DNA of 63,619 nucleotides, filler included, from Octopus bimaculoides (taxonomy: Eukaryota), in assembly GCF_001194135.2 (NCBI RefSeq). It is 10 parts of 7 records of this genome, joined end to end, with 100 filler letters (N's around TTAATTAATTAA, not from the genome) between each part and the next. Parts side by side here need not be neighbours in the genome. Positions count along the whole stretch, not along the records: positions 1 to 8,162 come from NC_068989.1; positions 8,263 to 18,370 come from NC_068982.1; 8 more parts are not named here. One strand, given 5' to 3'. The notes under the pieces were generated by a model. That model saw only the letters and a program-made list of their open reading frames with translations, was not told where the DNA came from and ran no database searches. A program made the position numbers and the translations under genes. Each line of letters opens with the position of its first letter. The stretch's first letter is position 1. Positions 1 through 13,017 of the stretch are shown here, piece by piece.

Positions 1-344
1 TATATATACATATTTACATGTATATATGTATATATTCAACAGATGAGATCCAAAGATTCTCAGTAAATAACACACTTAGTAGCGCTCAAATGATCCAAAC
101 ATAGACTCCGATGTCTTTACCAGGAACCAATGAGTCTAAGAAGGATCAAGTTGAGCAGCTGTGGAGGCAATTATGCGGATAAACAAATTAAATTGAACCT
201 ATGTATATATGTATGTATTTAAATATATGCATATATGTATACCTGTATACAATTACATATACATTACATAAAATACATAAATATGTGTGTGACTGATTGT
301 GTAAAATCTCGTGTGTGTTTTTGTGTATATATATTCCTTTATTC

Positions 345-585
345 TTTTATTTATTTCAGTCATTTGACTGTGGCCATCCTGGAGCACCGCCTTTAGTCGG
401 ACGAATCAACCCAAGGACTTATTTTTTTTGTAAGTTTATTACTTAATCTATCGGTGGTTTTGCCGAACCGCTAGGTTACGAGGATGTAAACACACCAGCA
501 TCTGTTGTCAAGCAATGGTAGAGGGACAAACGCAGACACACAAATACATATACACACACATACACACACACTCACACACACACAT

Positions 586-649
<64 letters not shown>

Positions 650-744
650 GTATATACGACGGGTTTTTTTCAGTTTCCGTCGACCAAATCCACTCACAAG
701 GCTTTGGTTGGCCTGAGGCTATAGTAGAAGACACTCGCAGTGGG
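345..744 (-). mobile_element. tRNA-derived SINE family B (CORE-like) with internal (TA)n/(CA)n; head cut by gap
   Basis: Reverse complement matches the family B copies at 26955 and 40230 (ccaaagccttgtgagtggatttggt ... gtaacctagcggttcggcaaaa ... gactgaaa). Confidence 0.85.
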
Positions 745-1049
745 NNNNNNNNNNNNNNNNNNNNNNNNNNNNNNNNNNNNNNNNNNNNNNNNNNNNNNNN
801 NNNNNNNNNNNNNNNNNNNNNNNNNNNNNNNNNNNNNNNNNNNNNNNNNNNNNNNNNNNNNNNNNNNNNNNNNNNNNNNNNNNNNNNNNNNNNNNNNNNN
901 NNNNNNNNNNNNNNNNNNNNNNNNNNNNNNNNNNNNNNNNNNNNNNNNNNNNNNNNNNNNNNNNNNNNNNNNNNNNNNNNNNNNNNNNNTATATATATAT
1001 AAAGAGAGAGAGAGAGAGCAGTCAGATGGACAGACGGATAGATAGATAG

Positions 1050-1083
<34 letters not shown>

Positions 1084-2227
1084 GTACACATATGTGTGCA
1101 TGGGCATGTGTGTGTGTATATGTGTACAGAAACCTCATCCTCGCGTACACATACATAAACACACATCCAAGGGGATATCGATAGACATACGCGAATATAC
1201 ATGAATTTATGCCTATCTTTATGTGAAATGTCTATGCTTGCTTGTGTCTACATCTGTGTGCTTGTGTATGTGTGAAAAAGACGTATTATTTGGTTGTACA
1301 TACATTTGATGAAATGTGGTGATAAGGAGTTCATAAATTTATAAAATTACTTGTAGCTAGATGAGCAAGATAACCCGGGTTTCATCAATACAAATATAAT
1401 CGTGATTTACTGATTACATCACAAGGTTCTTAAAAGACGTTTTAAAAGGAAGAGCGCAACACGAACATCATGTACTATTTAAAGCAGGAACCAAATCAAA
1501 AAGCCACCAGAAAGACCTGTTGAATGAATGCTGATAATATATTCGATAAATATTTTTAAAGCTGTCGTCTGTACTTGTCATTAATGGCGTGTTCACAAAT
1601 TGGCAAAGAAACAAATAGATTTAAATAAAGACGGTTTGTAACAAGAAGCGCGGTGTAATGTTTCATTAAAATATCACGAAGTGAAATTCTTGTGTTGTCT
1701 GATGTGTGTATATTATGAATATATTTGAGAATTTAGATCAATAGATGTTACTTATTGGTTAGGAATATATAAGTGTATAATCGATTACCTTATTGAGAGG
1801 AAGAGAAATGTATCTAAAAGAGTTAAATAATGGAAATTAAGTCCTTTGGAGATAGTTTATTCTTCAGCAGAAGTCTATTTAATCATACTTAGAGAGAGAG
1901 TAAGCCATACTTACATGCAAACGCATAATCATACATGGAAACATACAGTTATATAAGTGTGCGTCTGTGTGAGTATATGTATGGTGACGCGCGTGTATGT
2001 AGGTATGTGTGTGTATGTTCACACACACACATATATACATATATAATACATATATATATATACAAAATATACACTATATATATGATGTATATTTATTATA
2101 TGCATATATATAAAATGGACGTATATATTAACTAAAATATATATATATATATATATCTAAATATACACATATATACATATTTGTTTATGCATATATATGC
2201 ACATATATATGTACCTATATATATAGG

Positions 2228-2304
<77 letters not shown>

Positions 2305-2358
2305 GTGTATATATGTGTGTATGCAAACTAAAGCACAGATAACCGCAATTTGTGAATG

Positions 2359-2394
<36 letters not shown>

Positions 2395-2404
2395 NNNNNN
2401 NNNN

Positions 2405-2439
<35 letters not shown>

Positions 2440-2569
2440 CATATATATGAAGCCCTACCGTGTTTCTATACATATATGTATATATGTTTGTATATATGTG
2501 CATGTGTGTATGCGTAAGCGCGTATGAGAGAGAAAGAGCGAGATAGATATAATATGCTAATATATGAGG

Positions 2570-2609
<40 letters not shown>

Positions 2610-3906
2610 GCACCTCTACATGAATATATTTATGTATGCATGTATAAATAAGTATATACATACATATATTTGTGTATGTATATATACATACATATATATT
2701 CAAATAAGTGTAATTATATATATACATATACATACATGTATACATACATACTTGCATGCATACATAGGTTCGTACGTGCATACGTACGCACATACATACA
2801 TGCATGCATACATACATACATACATACATACATACATACATACATACATACATACATACATACGTACATGCATATGACAGTGTGTGCTTTCAGTGAGTGT
2901 GTATGTATGTTATATAGGCACACCAACAGAATTCGATATTGCAACTAAACCTCTATTTATTTATTACTTTGATCATCAGAACCTGTTTAAATGGCGTTGT
3001 TTGTTATGTAATAAAATAATAATAAAGTATTATATGCTTTGATTGAATCTAACATAAACAATCGTTTGAAGTAAGTATTAGTAGTTACTCTTGACTGTAA
3101 GCCATTTGGAGGCAGTGACGGTGGGCGTGTCTGCAATATCCCTTTCTATGTGTATTCCAGCATTAGCATTCATTGAAATCTTTAGTGTCTGTTGAATGCT
3201 TAAATCCAATCGGTTCTATTTTGTCTTTCATCCTTTCTATGTTGATAGAATGCAATAGAATTTCTCCCTTGTCAATATGTCATTATATCAAATATGTGTG
3301 TGTTTTAATAGAACTCAGGTGCAAAATACAGAAACTCAATTGAAAGATAGTCGAGAATATAATGATTTATATTTTCCAATGAAGAGCGATCGATCGGTAT
3401 ATCCTTTAGAGCGCCGGCTCAAATACTTTGCATTATTTAGTTGCGGTTCTTTACGTTTTTGAGTTTCAAATCCCAGCATGGCCGATTTTGGCTTTCGTCC
3501 TTCCGACGTCGATAAACAATACGCCAGGCAAGTTTTAGAGTCGATGCTATAGACAATACTCTCGAGTCATCACTATCACAAAAGTATGTAAATTTCTATT
3601 AAAATAAGAAATGTACGTTTATATTGAGAAAGAGGGCGTAACTAAAATGGCAAAGAATCATCGAACTCAAAGACTTACTCTCTCATTTTCTCATTATTAT
3701 ATGTATCGATTGAACGATTCTTCCATCTTATGAAGATATATACATGCCAGGATAGTGGGAAAAAAATATTGAAAAATGTATCGAAAAATACGGAAAAACT
3801 TGACAATTAAAATGAAAGGAAAGAAACCATAGCGACAAGATTAGTTTTAGAGGGATGATCAATAGTTCAGAAAGGTAGAATTGCATGATATTCATGGATG
3901 AAAACA

Positions 3907-3973
<67 letters not shown>

Positions 3974-3975
<2 letters not shown>

Positions 3976-4190
3976 CCTTTCTAATATAGGCACAAGGCCT
4001 GAAATTTTGCGGGGAGGTGGATAGTCGATTACATCGATCCATGTGCTCAACTGGTACGTAATTTATCGACTCTGAAAGGATGAAAGGCAAAGTCGGCCTC
4101 AGCGGAATTTGAACTCAGAAAGTAGCGACGGGCGAAATACCGCTAAGCATTTCATCTAGCGCGCTAACGATTCTGCCAGCTCACCGCCTT
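3974..4190 (-). mobile_element. tRNA-derived SINE family A, full length, embedded in (AAT)n
   Basis: Head ggcggtgagctggcagaatcgttagc, B-box gagttcaaattccgc, central tcatcctttcagagtcgataaattacgtacc, (TTA)n tail; (AAT)n at 3908-3973 and 4191-4260. Confidence 0.9.
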
Positions 4191-4191
4191 G

Positions 4192-4246
<55 letters not shown>

Positions 4247-4260
4247 TGATAATAATAATA

Positions 4261-5033
4261 TGGCTATGGATGAGGAAGAGTGATCCGAAGATAGAGACAG
4301 AAGCAGCTCAGGAACAAGCCTTAAGGACAAACTATATGAAGTGCAGAATATACAACACTACCGATAGAGACAAACGTAGAATGTGTGGTGAGAGGGGTGA
4401 AACGGTATGGCACATCGTTAGCGAATGCCAGAAATTGGCACAACGCGAATACGAAAGACGCCATGACAATGTGGCAAGAATGAGCCATTGGGAGCTCTGT
4501 GGAAATCATGGCCTACAAAGAGCAAAGACGTGGTATGTGAAAATTACAGAAGGAATCACTGAAAATGAGAATTGCAAAATCCAGTGCGATGCAATGATCC
4601 AGTGCGATCACCCGACCAGGAATCGGGAACTGAGCATTGATGTGGTGAATAAAAAAGAAAAAAAAACATGTATAATAATCGACATAGCATGCCTCGGTGA
4701 CAACAGGGTCAATGTGAAAGAAGCAAAAAAATAAACAACTCTGATGATTCGAAGAGAGAAATACGAAGGTTCTGGTCAATGAAGAGAGTAGACATGGTAC
4801 CAATAGTAATTGGTGCACTTGGAAATATCAGCACTCAACAACTAACATGGCTGAAAAAGATTGGTGCTAAGTGTGAAAGTAGAGCACCTACAAATATCAG
4901 CATTTCTTGGAACTGCAAGAATTCTTCACAACTTTTTTGAAGCATGACCAGTAAACACGTGTCACCTTAGTCTACTGGCTGTGGACAGCTGACACTTTCC
5001 ATCATACCCAGCAAAATAAGCTGTGAGTTTTCA
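4261..5033 (+). mobile_element. 5'-truncated R4/Dong-clade non-LTR retrotransposon (CCHC knuckle + restriction-like endonuclease), frameshifted, with 3' UTR
   Basis: AAQEQALRTNYMK..KRRMCGERGETVWHIVSECQKLAQREYERRHDNVA..HWELC..CIIIDIACLGD; after frameshift KREIRRFWSMKRVDMVPIVIGALG..LGTARILH* (stop about 4947). Bounded by (AAT)n on both sides. Confidence 0.88.
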
Positions 5034-5058
5034 GATAATAATAATAATAATAATAATA

Positions 5059-5105
<47 letters not shown>

Positions 5106-5195
5106 CTGATGATGATGAGGGAGAAGAAGAAGAAGAAGAAGAAGAAGAAGAAGAAGAAGAAGAAGAAGAAGAAGAAGAAGAAGAAGAAGAAGAAG
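5031..5195. repeat. Compound microsatellite (AAT)n-(ATT)n-(GAT)n-(GAA)n
   Basis: Directly visible. Confidence 0.95.
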
Positions 5196-6061
5196 GGCAA
5201 AGTACAAAAATTAGAAATATTAGTAGGGATAAAAGAATAAATTATGCCAGGTCAGGGATCTCATCACCGGCTGATTGAGACCTGCTAGTAATGCGATGTA
5301 AACAAGTAGTACCTGTTCCAAGATCGAGTACGGTGACTTGTATCCATGTGTATTAAAAAAATTGTGTAAAATTCAATGAATGAAAATGACAAACAATATT
5401 TCATAATGACAAAACATATTTTCTAATAACGAACAATATTCTTAATGGCGTCCAATATTTCCAATGGCGCCATTTTCTGTTTGTCATTGTAAGCAGATCT
5501 CCAGATCTGTCTGGATTTATGTTCGTATGACGGGTGCCGAAACCGTGACGCAGGCAGTATTTACTCACAAATACACAAATGAATAATTTATCCTTTAAAA
5601 GAAAATTAGCTTCTTTCTTCTGTTTATTTAATTTTCTCTTTCTTGTTTTCACGAGCCATTTTCGTTTGTTTCCCTTTTCATGTAGTTCGCCATTAAGTTT
5701 TCGAATCTGCACGTCTGACGTTGTTCATAACATTAAAAGGAATAACCTCATAATCTTTTAGGCTACTTTAGAAGTTATTATTCATTTATTCGATGGTTTA
5801 TTTGTTACTTTATTCATTTAGGAATTCATTCGGATTTTCATTCCTTTATTCCGGCATTCACTAATTTATCTTTTCCATTACGCAGGGACAGCATTCCGAA
5901 ACGGGATTAAACACAATTTTTTCTTTGTCTTTGGTTTGCAAGATTCTTGACGAGAAAACAAGTGTTGAAACGAATTTTGCTGTATCCTGGAAGGGTCATT
6001 ATGTCAATAATAAGCATATGCACTGGATATTGTTCGTCTGTGTATCTATGCTAAAGCTATT

Positions 6062-6861
6062 TAACATGAATCAAAACGTTCCCGGACTAGTTATGTTTAA
6101 TAAAAAATAACTTATTTACCTAAGTTTTAACATCATCTCCTTCGAGATAGTTACCTTGCGCTGCAATACACTAGCCCCAGCGTTCCTGCCAATTTTGGAA
6201 TCCGGCTTGGAAGTCGTTTTCTGCAAGTGAATCGACGGCCTTCTGCCATTCGCTCTTGATTTCGACAGAAGCGTTAAAACGGCAACCTTTGAGCTGAATT
6301 TTCATCTTGGAGAAGAGAAGTGTGAATTCTGGCAAATAAAGCGGGTGCAGAAGCGATACCATGCTGTTTTTGGGGAGAAACTCACGACTGACAGGGTGCA
6401 TTGTCGTCGCGAAGAATCCCTCAATTGATGGTCTAGCCTTGGGGGACGAAATCTCGATACACAATACTACGGATGTCGAAAAACACGATGAGCATACCTT
6501 GACTGAGCTACGGCTCTGTCGTTCACCCGTGCTATTCAAAACATTGCGTACAGCCCATTGCCTTGTCGCCGTAAGCCTGCCGAAACATGCTCAATGTCTC
6601 TGTAGCAAACTTCCCAAGTTTAAAGCAAAATTTCACCTTGGCTCTTTGTTCCAACTTCTTGCCCATGAAAAAATCGCCAACTGCAGCATACACATGATCA
6701 CAAAAGCATATTTCACAACTTGCGAAGTAAATACAGCGATGTCATTCGGCACACTGCTTCATACAAGTCACTGCTAGTTATCATTCCACATGCAAGCGTG
6801 TGCTGCTATCTGTTGGCGCGCTGCAGGACTAGTTCGGGAATTTTTTGATACCACCTTGTAA
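6062..6861 (-). mobile_element. Internally deleted mariner transposon with both TIRs
   Basis: TIR atcaaaacgttcccggactagt (6070-6091) matches the reverse complement of 6828-6849 at 19/22. Minus strand gives MGKKLEQRAKVKFCFKLGKFATETLSMFRQAYGDKAM (ATG 6666), then KVMLIVFFDIRSIVYRDFVPQG, DDNAP, HP.Y.P and FSKMKIQLKGCRF..WQERWG*CIAAQGNYLEGD. Confidence 0.9.
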
Positions 6862-7523
6862 TAGCGTACAGTTGGACATATTAATACCAGTGGTTGTGGA
6901 ATTGGGAAGTTAATCATTTAAAACACTTAATTTTGTTTTTATTTTTAGATCTGGTTCTTGATAGTCTATTCTATTCTATTTCCTTATACATAGGAATAAA
7001 TAGGGTATCAAGGTCGGACATGATAGAAGAATGATTTTGATGCTTGGTAATTAATATTGCTGAGATATAGTGGATTATAGTAAACTTGAACATATAGATG
7101 TTCGAGGTATGATTTTGATGTCTAAAAATAAATACTACTTTTAAATATAAACAGTCCCACTGCGGGACACTCTGGGCATGAGCCTACCATTGGAAATTGA
7201 ACTCAAAGCGCAAAGAACTGGAAAAAATACCGCAAAGTATCCGGCCCGTCGTTGTCACATTTCTATCAATCAATTACCCTAGATAATCCAAGCATTGTCG
7301 ATTTCCAAATCATGAAATCTGCGTTTGCAGAATTTACCCAACGCTCTAATGACATAATATTTATAAACAGTGCATGTTTATGTTTTGATGGTCATCATGG
7401 CCTTACCAAGATTTGAATATAGCAATTTATGTAAATAAATGCATCGCATCACCAGATATAACGGTAATATTGACTTCAAATCTTGGTACAAAGACAGAGA
7501 TATGATAGTAATATTGTTGTTTG

Positions 7524-7740
7524 AAGGCGGCGAGCTGGCAGAAACGTTAGCATGCCGGGCGAAATGCTTAGCTCTATTTCATCTGTCTTTACGTTCTGAG
7601 TTAAAATTCCGCAGAGGTCGACTTTGTATTTCATCCTTTCGGGGTCGACAAATTAAGTACCGTTGCGTACTGGGGTCATTCTAATCGACTGTCACCCTCC
7701 CCCAAAATTTCGGGCCTTGTGTCTAGAGTAGAAAAGAATA
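7524..7740 (+). mobile_element. SINE family A, full length
   Basis: ggcggcgagctggcagaaacgttagc ... gagttaaaattccgcagaggtcgactttgtatttcatcctttcggggtcgac ... gagtagaaaagaat. Confidence 0.9.
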
Positions 7741-8162
7741 TTGCTGTTTGTATAGTGTGCCTGTTTCTTTTGATAAGCAGTATGCCATATTGCTTCGTTA
7801 ATATATTTTGTTTATGTTTTACATTCAAATAATACATTTTATTATCGGAGGGTCTTTTTTCATCCCAATAAACATGTATACTGTTGATGGACGTAAGAGA
7901 TGGATAACCCTATAACATTTCCGGGTATTTTTTTTTTTTTCATATTAATTATTAAAAACAGATGCAGAGCCTGCTTCATTCTATCAAACCGTTGGTAAGT
8001 TCTCATTTAACAAACGACCAGCATGTTAAAAAGGCTGTCTTTTCCTTCATTTTTTTTTTTGTGTTTGGGAGGATTTTAAATATATAAAGAAAGAAAAATA
8101 GATACATAGATAGACAGACATACAGAAAGACAGGCAGACATGCAGAGAGAGAGAGAGAGAGA

Positions 8163-8262
8163 NNNNNNNNNNNNNNNNNNNNNNNNNNNNNNNNNNNNNN
8201 NNNNNNTTAATTAATTAANNNNNNNNNNNNNNNNNNNNNNNNNNNNNNNNNNNNNNNNNNNN
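8163..8262. other. Artificial 100-bp assembly spacer 44N-TTAATTAATTAA-44N (also centred at 18415, 32118, 40630, 46193, 52652, 54441, 57184, 62400)
   Basis: Identical construction nine times; the 12-mer has stops in all six frames. Confidence 0.97.
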
Positions 8263-8351
8263 TATACAAAATTTTAAAACAAAATAGGTCTTTTAAGAGG
8301 TGAAAAATGCAACTTACATGGGAGCCGATGTGTCTACCGTCCGTCCATGAT

Positions 8352-8410
<59 letters not shown>

Positions 8411-8908
8411 CTTTTTAAAAACGTGTTCATTATACTCTTGCCCCAATCATTGAAATACGGCCATGTTGGGTCACTGGCTTGAAGGGCTGTCGTTGATCAT
8501 CCCGACCCCAGTATATATTTCAGTTTGACTCCCTTTTTCATCAATCACTAATTTGCCAAATATCTGTGTTACAGAACATGAAGGCACAGAAAAGTAAAGA
8601 AAGCCGGATTCAGACTGATATCATAAATGTACAGGTACAAGACACACTCGCTTATACACACATACACATGTACACGCGCATATATATTTATGTATGTGTG
8701 TATACGTACATAAATGCATGCATACATACATACATACATACATACATACATACATACATACATACATACATACATACATACAAGCAGGCACGCTCACACA
8801 CGGTTGTATGTTCACATCTATAACCATAAGATAATTATAACGAGAGGCGGATTTTTATTGATTATATAAGTGTATGTTGTGAACGTATTTGTATTTTAAA
8901 TTAGTGGA

Positions 8909-8985
<77 letters not shown>

Positions 8986-10621
8986 CGGACGGACAGACGG
9001 ATAGACAGACAAACAGACAGATCGTTCATGGATGTAGTTGTGTGGGTACTTATGTATGTATGACTAAACTGTGTCTAAAGTGTTTGTATGTTAACGTAGG
9101 TGGAAAAGGCGGCGGGGCATCTTTAAAGAGTAGTTTATATTGGACAAAAGCGTCGGTCTATTGGAAGTTGTCCCTTTGTGTTGGAACACCGTGAAAATTA
9201 TCGTGTGGACACAGATTGTTCATTTTTCTACCGACATTATATTTCAGTTTTGTTGCAGTATTGAAACAATAGTCCTTTGTTCCTTTTGTACGGCTTAAGA
9301 CATGGAAAATGGCGCGAGTGTTAAAGACGGCGTGGAACATTAGTAAGCAACTTATTACAGCTGTGGCGTGCCGGTAATATTAGTGGTGATAATGTCGCTT
9401 CTGCTGCTGCTGGTGGCGGCGGCGGCAGCGGCAGCTACGGTTGTTGTCGTGATTGTGGTCATAGTGGTGGTCGAGATCCGGGTCGTAGTCGACGTCACTG
9501 TCAATGTGCTTTTATTGATGGTGTCAATCGCGTATTTTCTCAGGACGGTTTTCTATGTTGAGGATGCGCTAATTGTTTTTGTGGCGGTAATAACGATGAT
9601 TGTGGTACCTGTTGTTCAGTTTGTGGTGTTAGCGATGGTGGTCGTGTTGTACTAGCGATGATGGGAATTGTGGTAATTGTGGTATTGGCCGTATTCTGCT
9701 TACCAAAAGTAGTCCACTTATCACCGTGCAAACGTTGCATCACCATGCTTCGATCAGTAGAGGAGCGGCCCATTTCACCCCTTTCGAGTTCGAGAGTACC
9801 TCGAAGCTGTTGACGACCCCGTTATAGCAAATGCGTAATAATTGATTTTTTAGTTGTTTTATTGGTGCTGGTCGATTTTGTGATGACGGGGCTTATAGAT
9901 TAAAGTGCTGCAGTAGTGCTGACAACTGTGTGGTTTTATGTTGGTAGTAGCTTTGATTTTAATGGAAATTAATATTGAGCACAGAATCAATGTCAGAAAC
10001 ACCACTGGCTCAGTTGAGCTCTTCTGCTATCTCTTCACAATCCACCGTGCTAGTGTAATCAGCTAATGAAAGTTCACTATGGCTCAAGCTCCCAATTCAA
10101 ATTCATAATACTGGAATTGGATGGCGACAGAGTCATAGGAATCCTCGAAAGCAAAGGAAAAAAATTGGGGCACATGATGCATCTAGTAACCAGCATCGAA
10201 TAACCAGAATTTCCTCATGAACCTGAGCCACTGACCATTTCATTGAACATCTGGCCCTTTACAGTTTAGTATTTATGTAGACTTGAGTGCTTGCTAGCAT
10301 GCAGTGGAGCATTTCGACATGTGGAAGAATCCTCAATGCCTTAATATCATTCGGCTCCGGGTCCACATCGTCAATATGTCATCAGACTGAACAACGTCAG
10401 TGTAGAGCCGATATCTATAAGGTTGAGATATTTCGTAAACTTCTCAACCGTTTTTTCAAGCATGTATTTATTCTCTGTTCTCTACATTTCATTTCCATTA
10501 CCTTTTCCCAACAAATCTTTTTCTCCCAATACCAGACTCATTACCCTAACTTCATTATCCGTATGCCCTTACCTCCGCTCTCTCTCTACCTCTCTCTCTC
10601 TCTCTATCTCTCTCTCTCTAT

Positions 10622-10700
<79 letters not shown>

Positions 10701-10705
10701 CCTAC

Positions 10706-10751
<46 letters not shown>

Positions 10752-10863
10752 ATATGTATGTTCGTATATATATATGTATATGTATGTATGTGTATATATA
10801 TATATGTATGTATGCATGTATGTATGTATGTATGCATGTATGTATATATGTATCTATATATAT

Positions 10864-11455
10864 ATATATACAGATAAGAAAGGAATGGAGCAGCAATTAA
10901 TAATTAGGGGTTGATCATTGTTATTAAAAGGCCATAGTTTAATTGTAGTTCAATAACATTTACAGCTGTTTCAGTTTATTTCGAAGTAAATTTGCCTTTA
11001 TTTCGTTCCATTTAACAAACATCGTCAGAATGATTTAAAATTTATCGGAGGAATATAGACAGGAGAAAATGGGAAATGAAAAGAAAAAGGAAAAAAAGGA
11101 AAAAGTTCAAGCCATATTGCTCCATTCATCTAATTGAAGAAACGTACACACACACGGAACCCAAAATGGGTACAAAACTGTAAGCCTAAAGACTTAACGA
11201 ACTTTTTCCTTTTTTCCTTCTTTTCCTTTTTCTTTTAATTTCCCTTTTTCTCCTATCTATATTCCTCCGATAAACTCCATATCATTCTGACGATGTTTGT
11301 TAAATGGAACGAGATAAATGCAAATTTACTTCGAAATAACAAACTGAAACAGCTGTATATGTTCTTGAACTCCAATTAAACTATGACCTGTTAATGCCAA
11401 TGATCAACTTCTAATTGTTAATTGTTGCTCCATTTCTTTTCTTATCTGAATATAT
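10864..11455. mobile_element. Foldback / long-TIR non-autonomous element (about 240-bp arms, 90-bp spacer)
   Basis: 10871-11108 (cagataagaaaggaatggagc ... ggaaaaagttc) is the reverse complement of 11199-11448 (gaactttttcc ... gctccatttcttttcttatctg) with scattered mismatches. Confidence 0.9.
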
Positions 11456-11594
11456 TAAACCACGGTTTTACTATTTAAATTACCAACTACTGTTAACCTT
11501 ATAGCACGGCCTATACATAGTGAGGTAATACACCAGTAGTGCCTACGGATGCATTTATCCCTTAGACAGTTGCATAACCTCTAACTCATAATTT

Positions 11595-11653
<59 letters not shown>

Positions 11654-11687
11654 TATATATATATGTGTGTGTGTGTATGTGTATGTG

Positions 11688-12085
11688 TACGAGAAGTCAA
11701 AAACTATACGCACTTTCACCATAACATATCTTTATTATTATCATACCGCCTCCTGCACAAGCTTGCTTACAGTTGCTACTATTGTGGTCACGTATTCAAA
11801 GTTTTAGCCAGATCGCGCCATTTTTTTAGGGGTGGGATTTACAGTGTAAACATGGTCACCAAGGAAGAACAAAGAGCAGTGATCCTATTTCTCTGGTCGG
11901 TAGGTGTGTCAGGTGCTGAAATTCATCGGAGGATAGTGCACTATCGCATAGAAGTCTGTATGAGTGGATCGAGAAGTTTTAAAATGGTCAGACAAGCGTG
12001 ATGCAAGAAGAGGAAGGAAAGCGCCCGTCAAGCTCCACCACTGACGAGAAGGTTCAGCAAGCTTGAGAAAAGGTAATGGTGAAGT
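11688..12085 (+). mobile_element. Mariner transposon 5' relic (TIR start and N-terminal HTH)
   Basis: Begins TACGAG after a TA-rich microsatellite. ATG at 11852: MVTKEEQRAVILFLWSVGVSGAEIHRR, then after a frameshift ALSHRSLYEWIEKF*NGQTSVMQEEGKRPSSSTTDEKVQQA. Confidence 0.85.
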
Positions 12086-12679
12086 GGTTCACCATTACCA
12101 TCCCTCGGATCACTGCCCTTTTTCTTTGGTGCACATTGCTAGTGGAGTGGCCATGCTTACACCGTAAAGCCAAAAAGAAAAATGGCGATATCAGGCACAA
12201 TCTTCGATCACATGACTACAATAGTACAACTGTATGTAAACACGCATACGCAGAAGGCAGTGTGACAATAATAAAGATATGTTATGGCGAAAGTGCGGGA
12301 AATGTTTGACTTCCTCTCGTGTATATATATATATATACACACACATTCATATATATCGTTGCCCAACTTAACGCCGTGGTCGATTATTTCCACCGACAAC
12401 GAGTTGTCTCATTCTCTCATCTGTGATGTTCATCCTCCGTTCTCACATCACATTCTAGTCCCCTCATAACCTTCTCGTTCCCCTCTGGCTTTTGCCGGCA
12501 CTTATTCTCTGTGAACTTAAAAATCTCCAAATATAGTCATTCTTCGCAATTACAGTTTTCTTGTACTCCACCAATTCAGTATCTGCTGCTCTACTCGCGA
12601 ACCTTGTATCCACACCCGTCTCTGCTTGGCCGAACTCTTCATCATCTTCAATCGATTTCTTTCTTTTTCTTATTTCTCT

Positions 12680-12869
12680 TGTTGTTGTTGTTGTTGTTCT
12701 TCTTCTTCTTCTTCTTCTTCTTCTTCTTCTTCTTTTTCTTCTTATTCTTCTTCTTCTTCTTCTTCTTCTTCTTCTTCTTCTTCTTCTTTTTCTTCTTCTT
12801 CTTCTTCTTCTTCTTCTTCTTCTCTTTCTTCTTCTTCTTCTGATTATTATTATTATTATTATTATTATT

Positions 12870-12919
<50 letters not shown>

Positions 12920-12953
12920 TATTATCATTATCATTATTATTATCATTATCATT

Positions 12954-13016
<63 letters not shown>

Positions 13017-13017
13017 G
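12680..13017. repeat. Long compound trinucleotide microsatellite (GTT)(CTT)n(ATT)n(ATC)n(ATT)n
   Basis: Directly visible; source of several spurious ORFs. Confidence 0.97.

Noticed and set aside
471-3000. Many ORFs of YI/HT/CV/IHTY repeats here and throughout the window
   Set aside because: They are translations of (TA)n, (CA)n, (TACA)n and (TAGA)n microsatellites or of N runs, not proteins.
9368-9773. Hydrophobic Val/Ala-rich ORF (plus) and Thr/Pro-rich ORF (minus)
   Set aside because: Degenerate GTN/GCN trinucleotide low-complexity tract; no domain or splice support.
10330-10392. CTGATGA ... GTCGAAA on the minus strand with an internal stem
   Set aside because: Core and stem II overlap incorrectly, and no stem I, stem III or NUH geometry is present.
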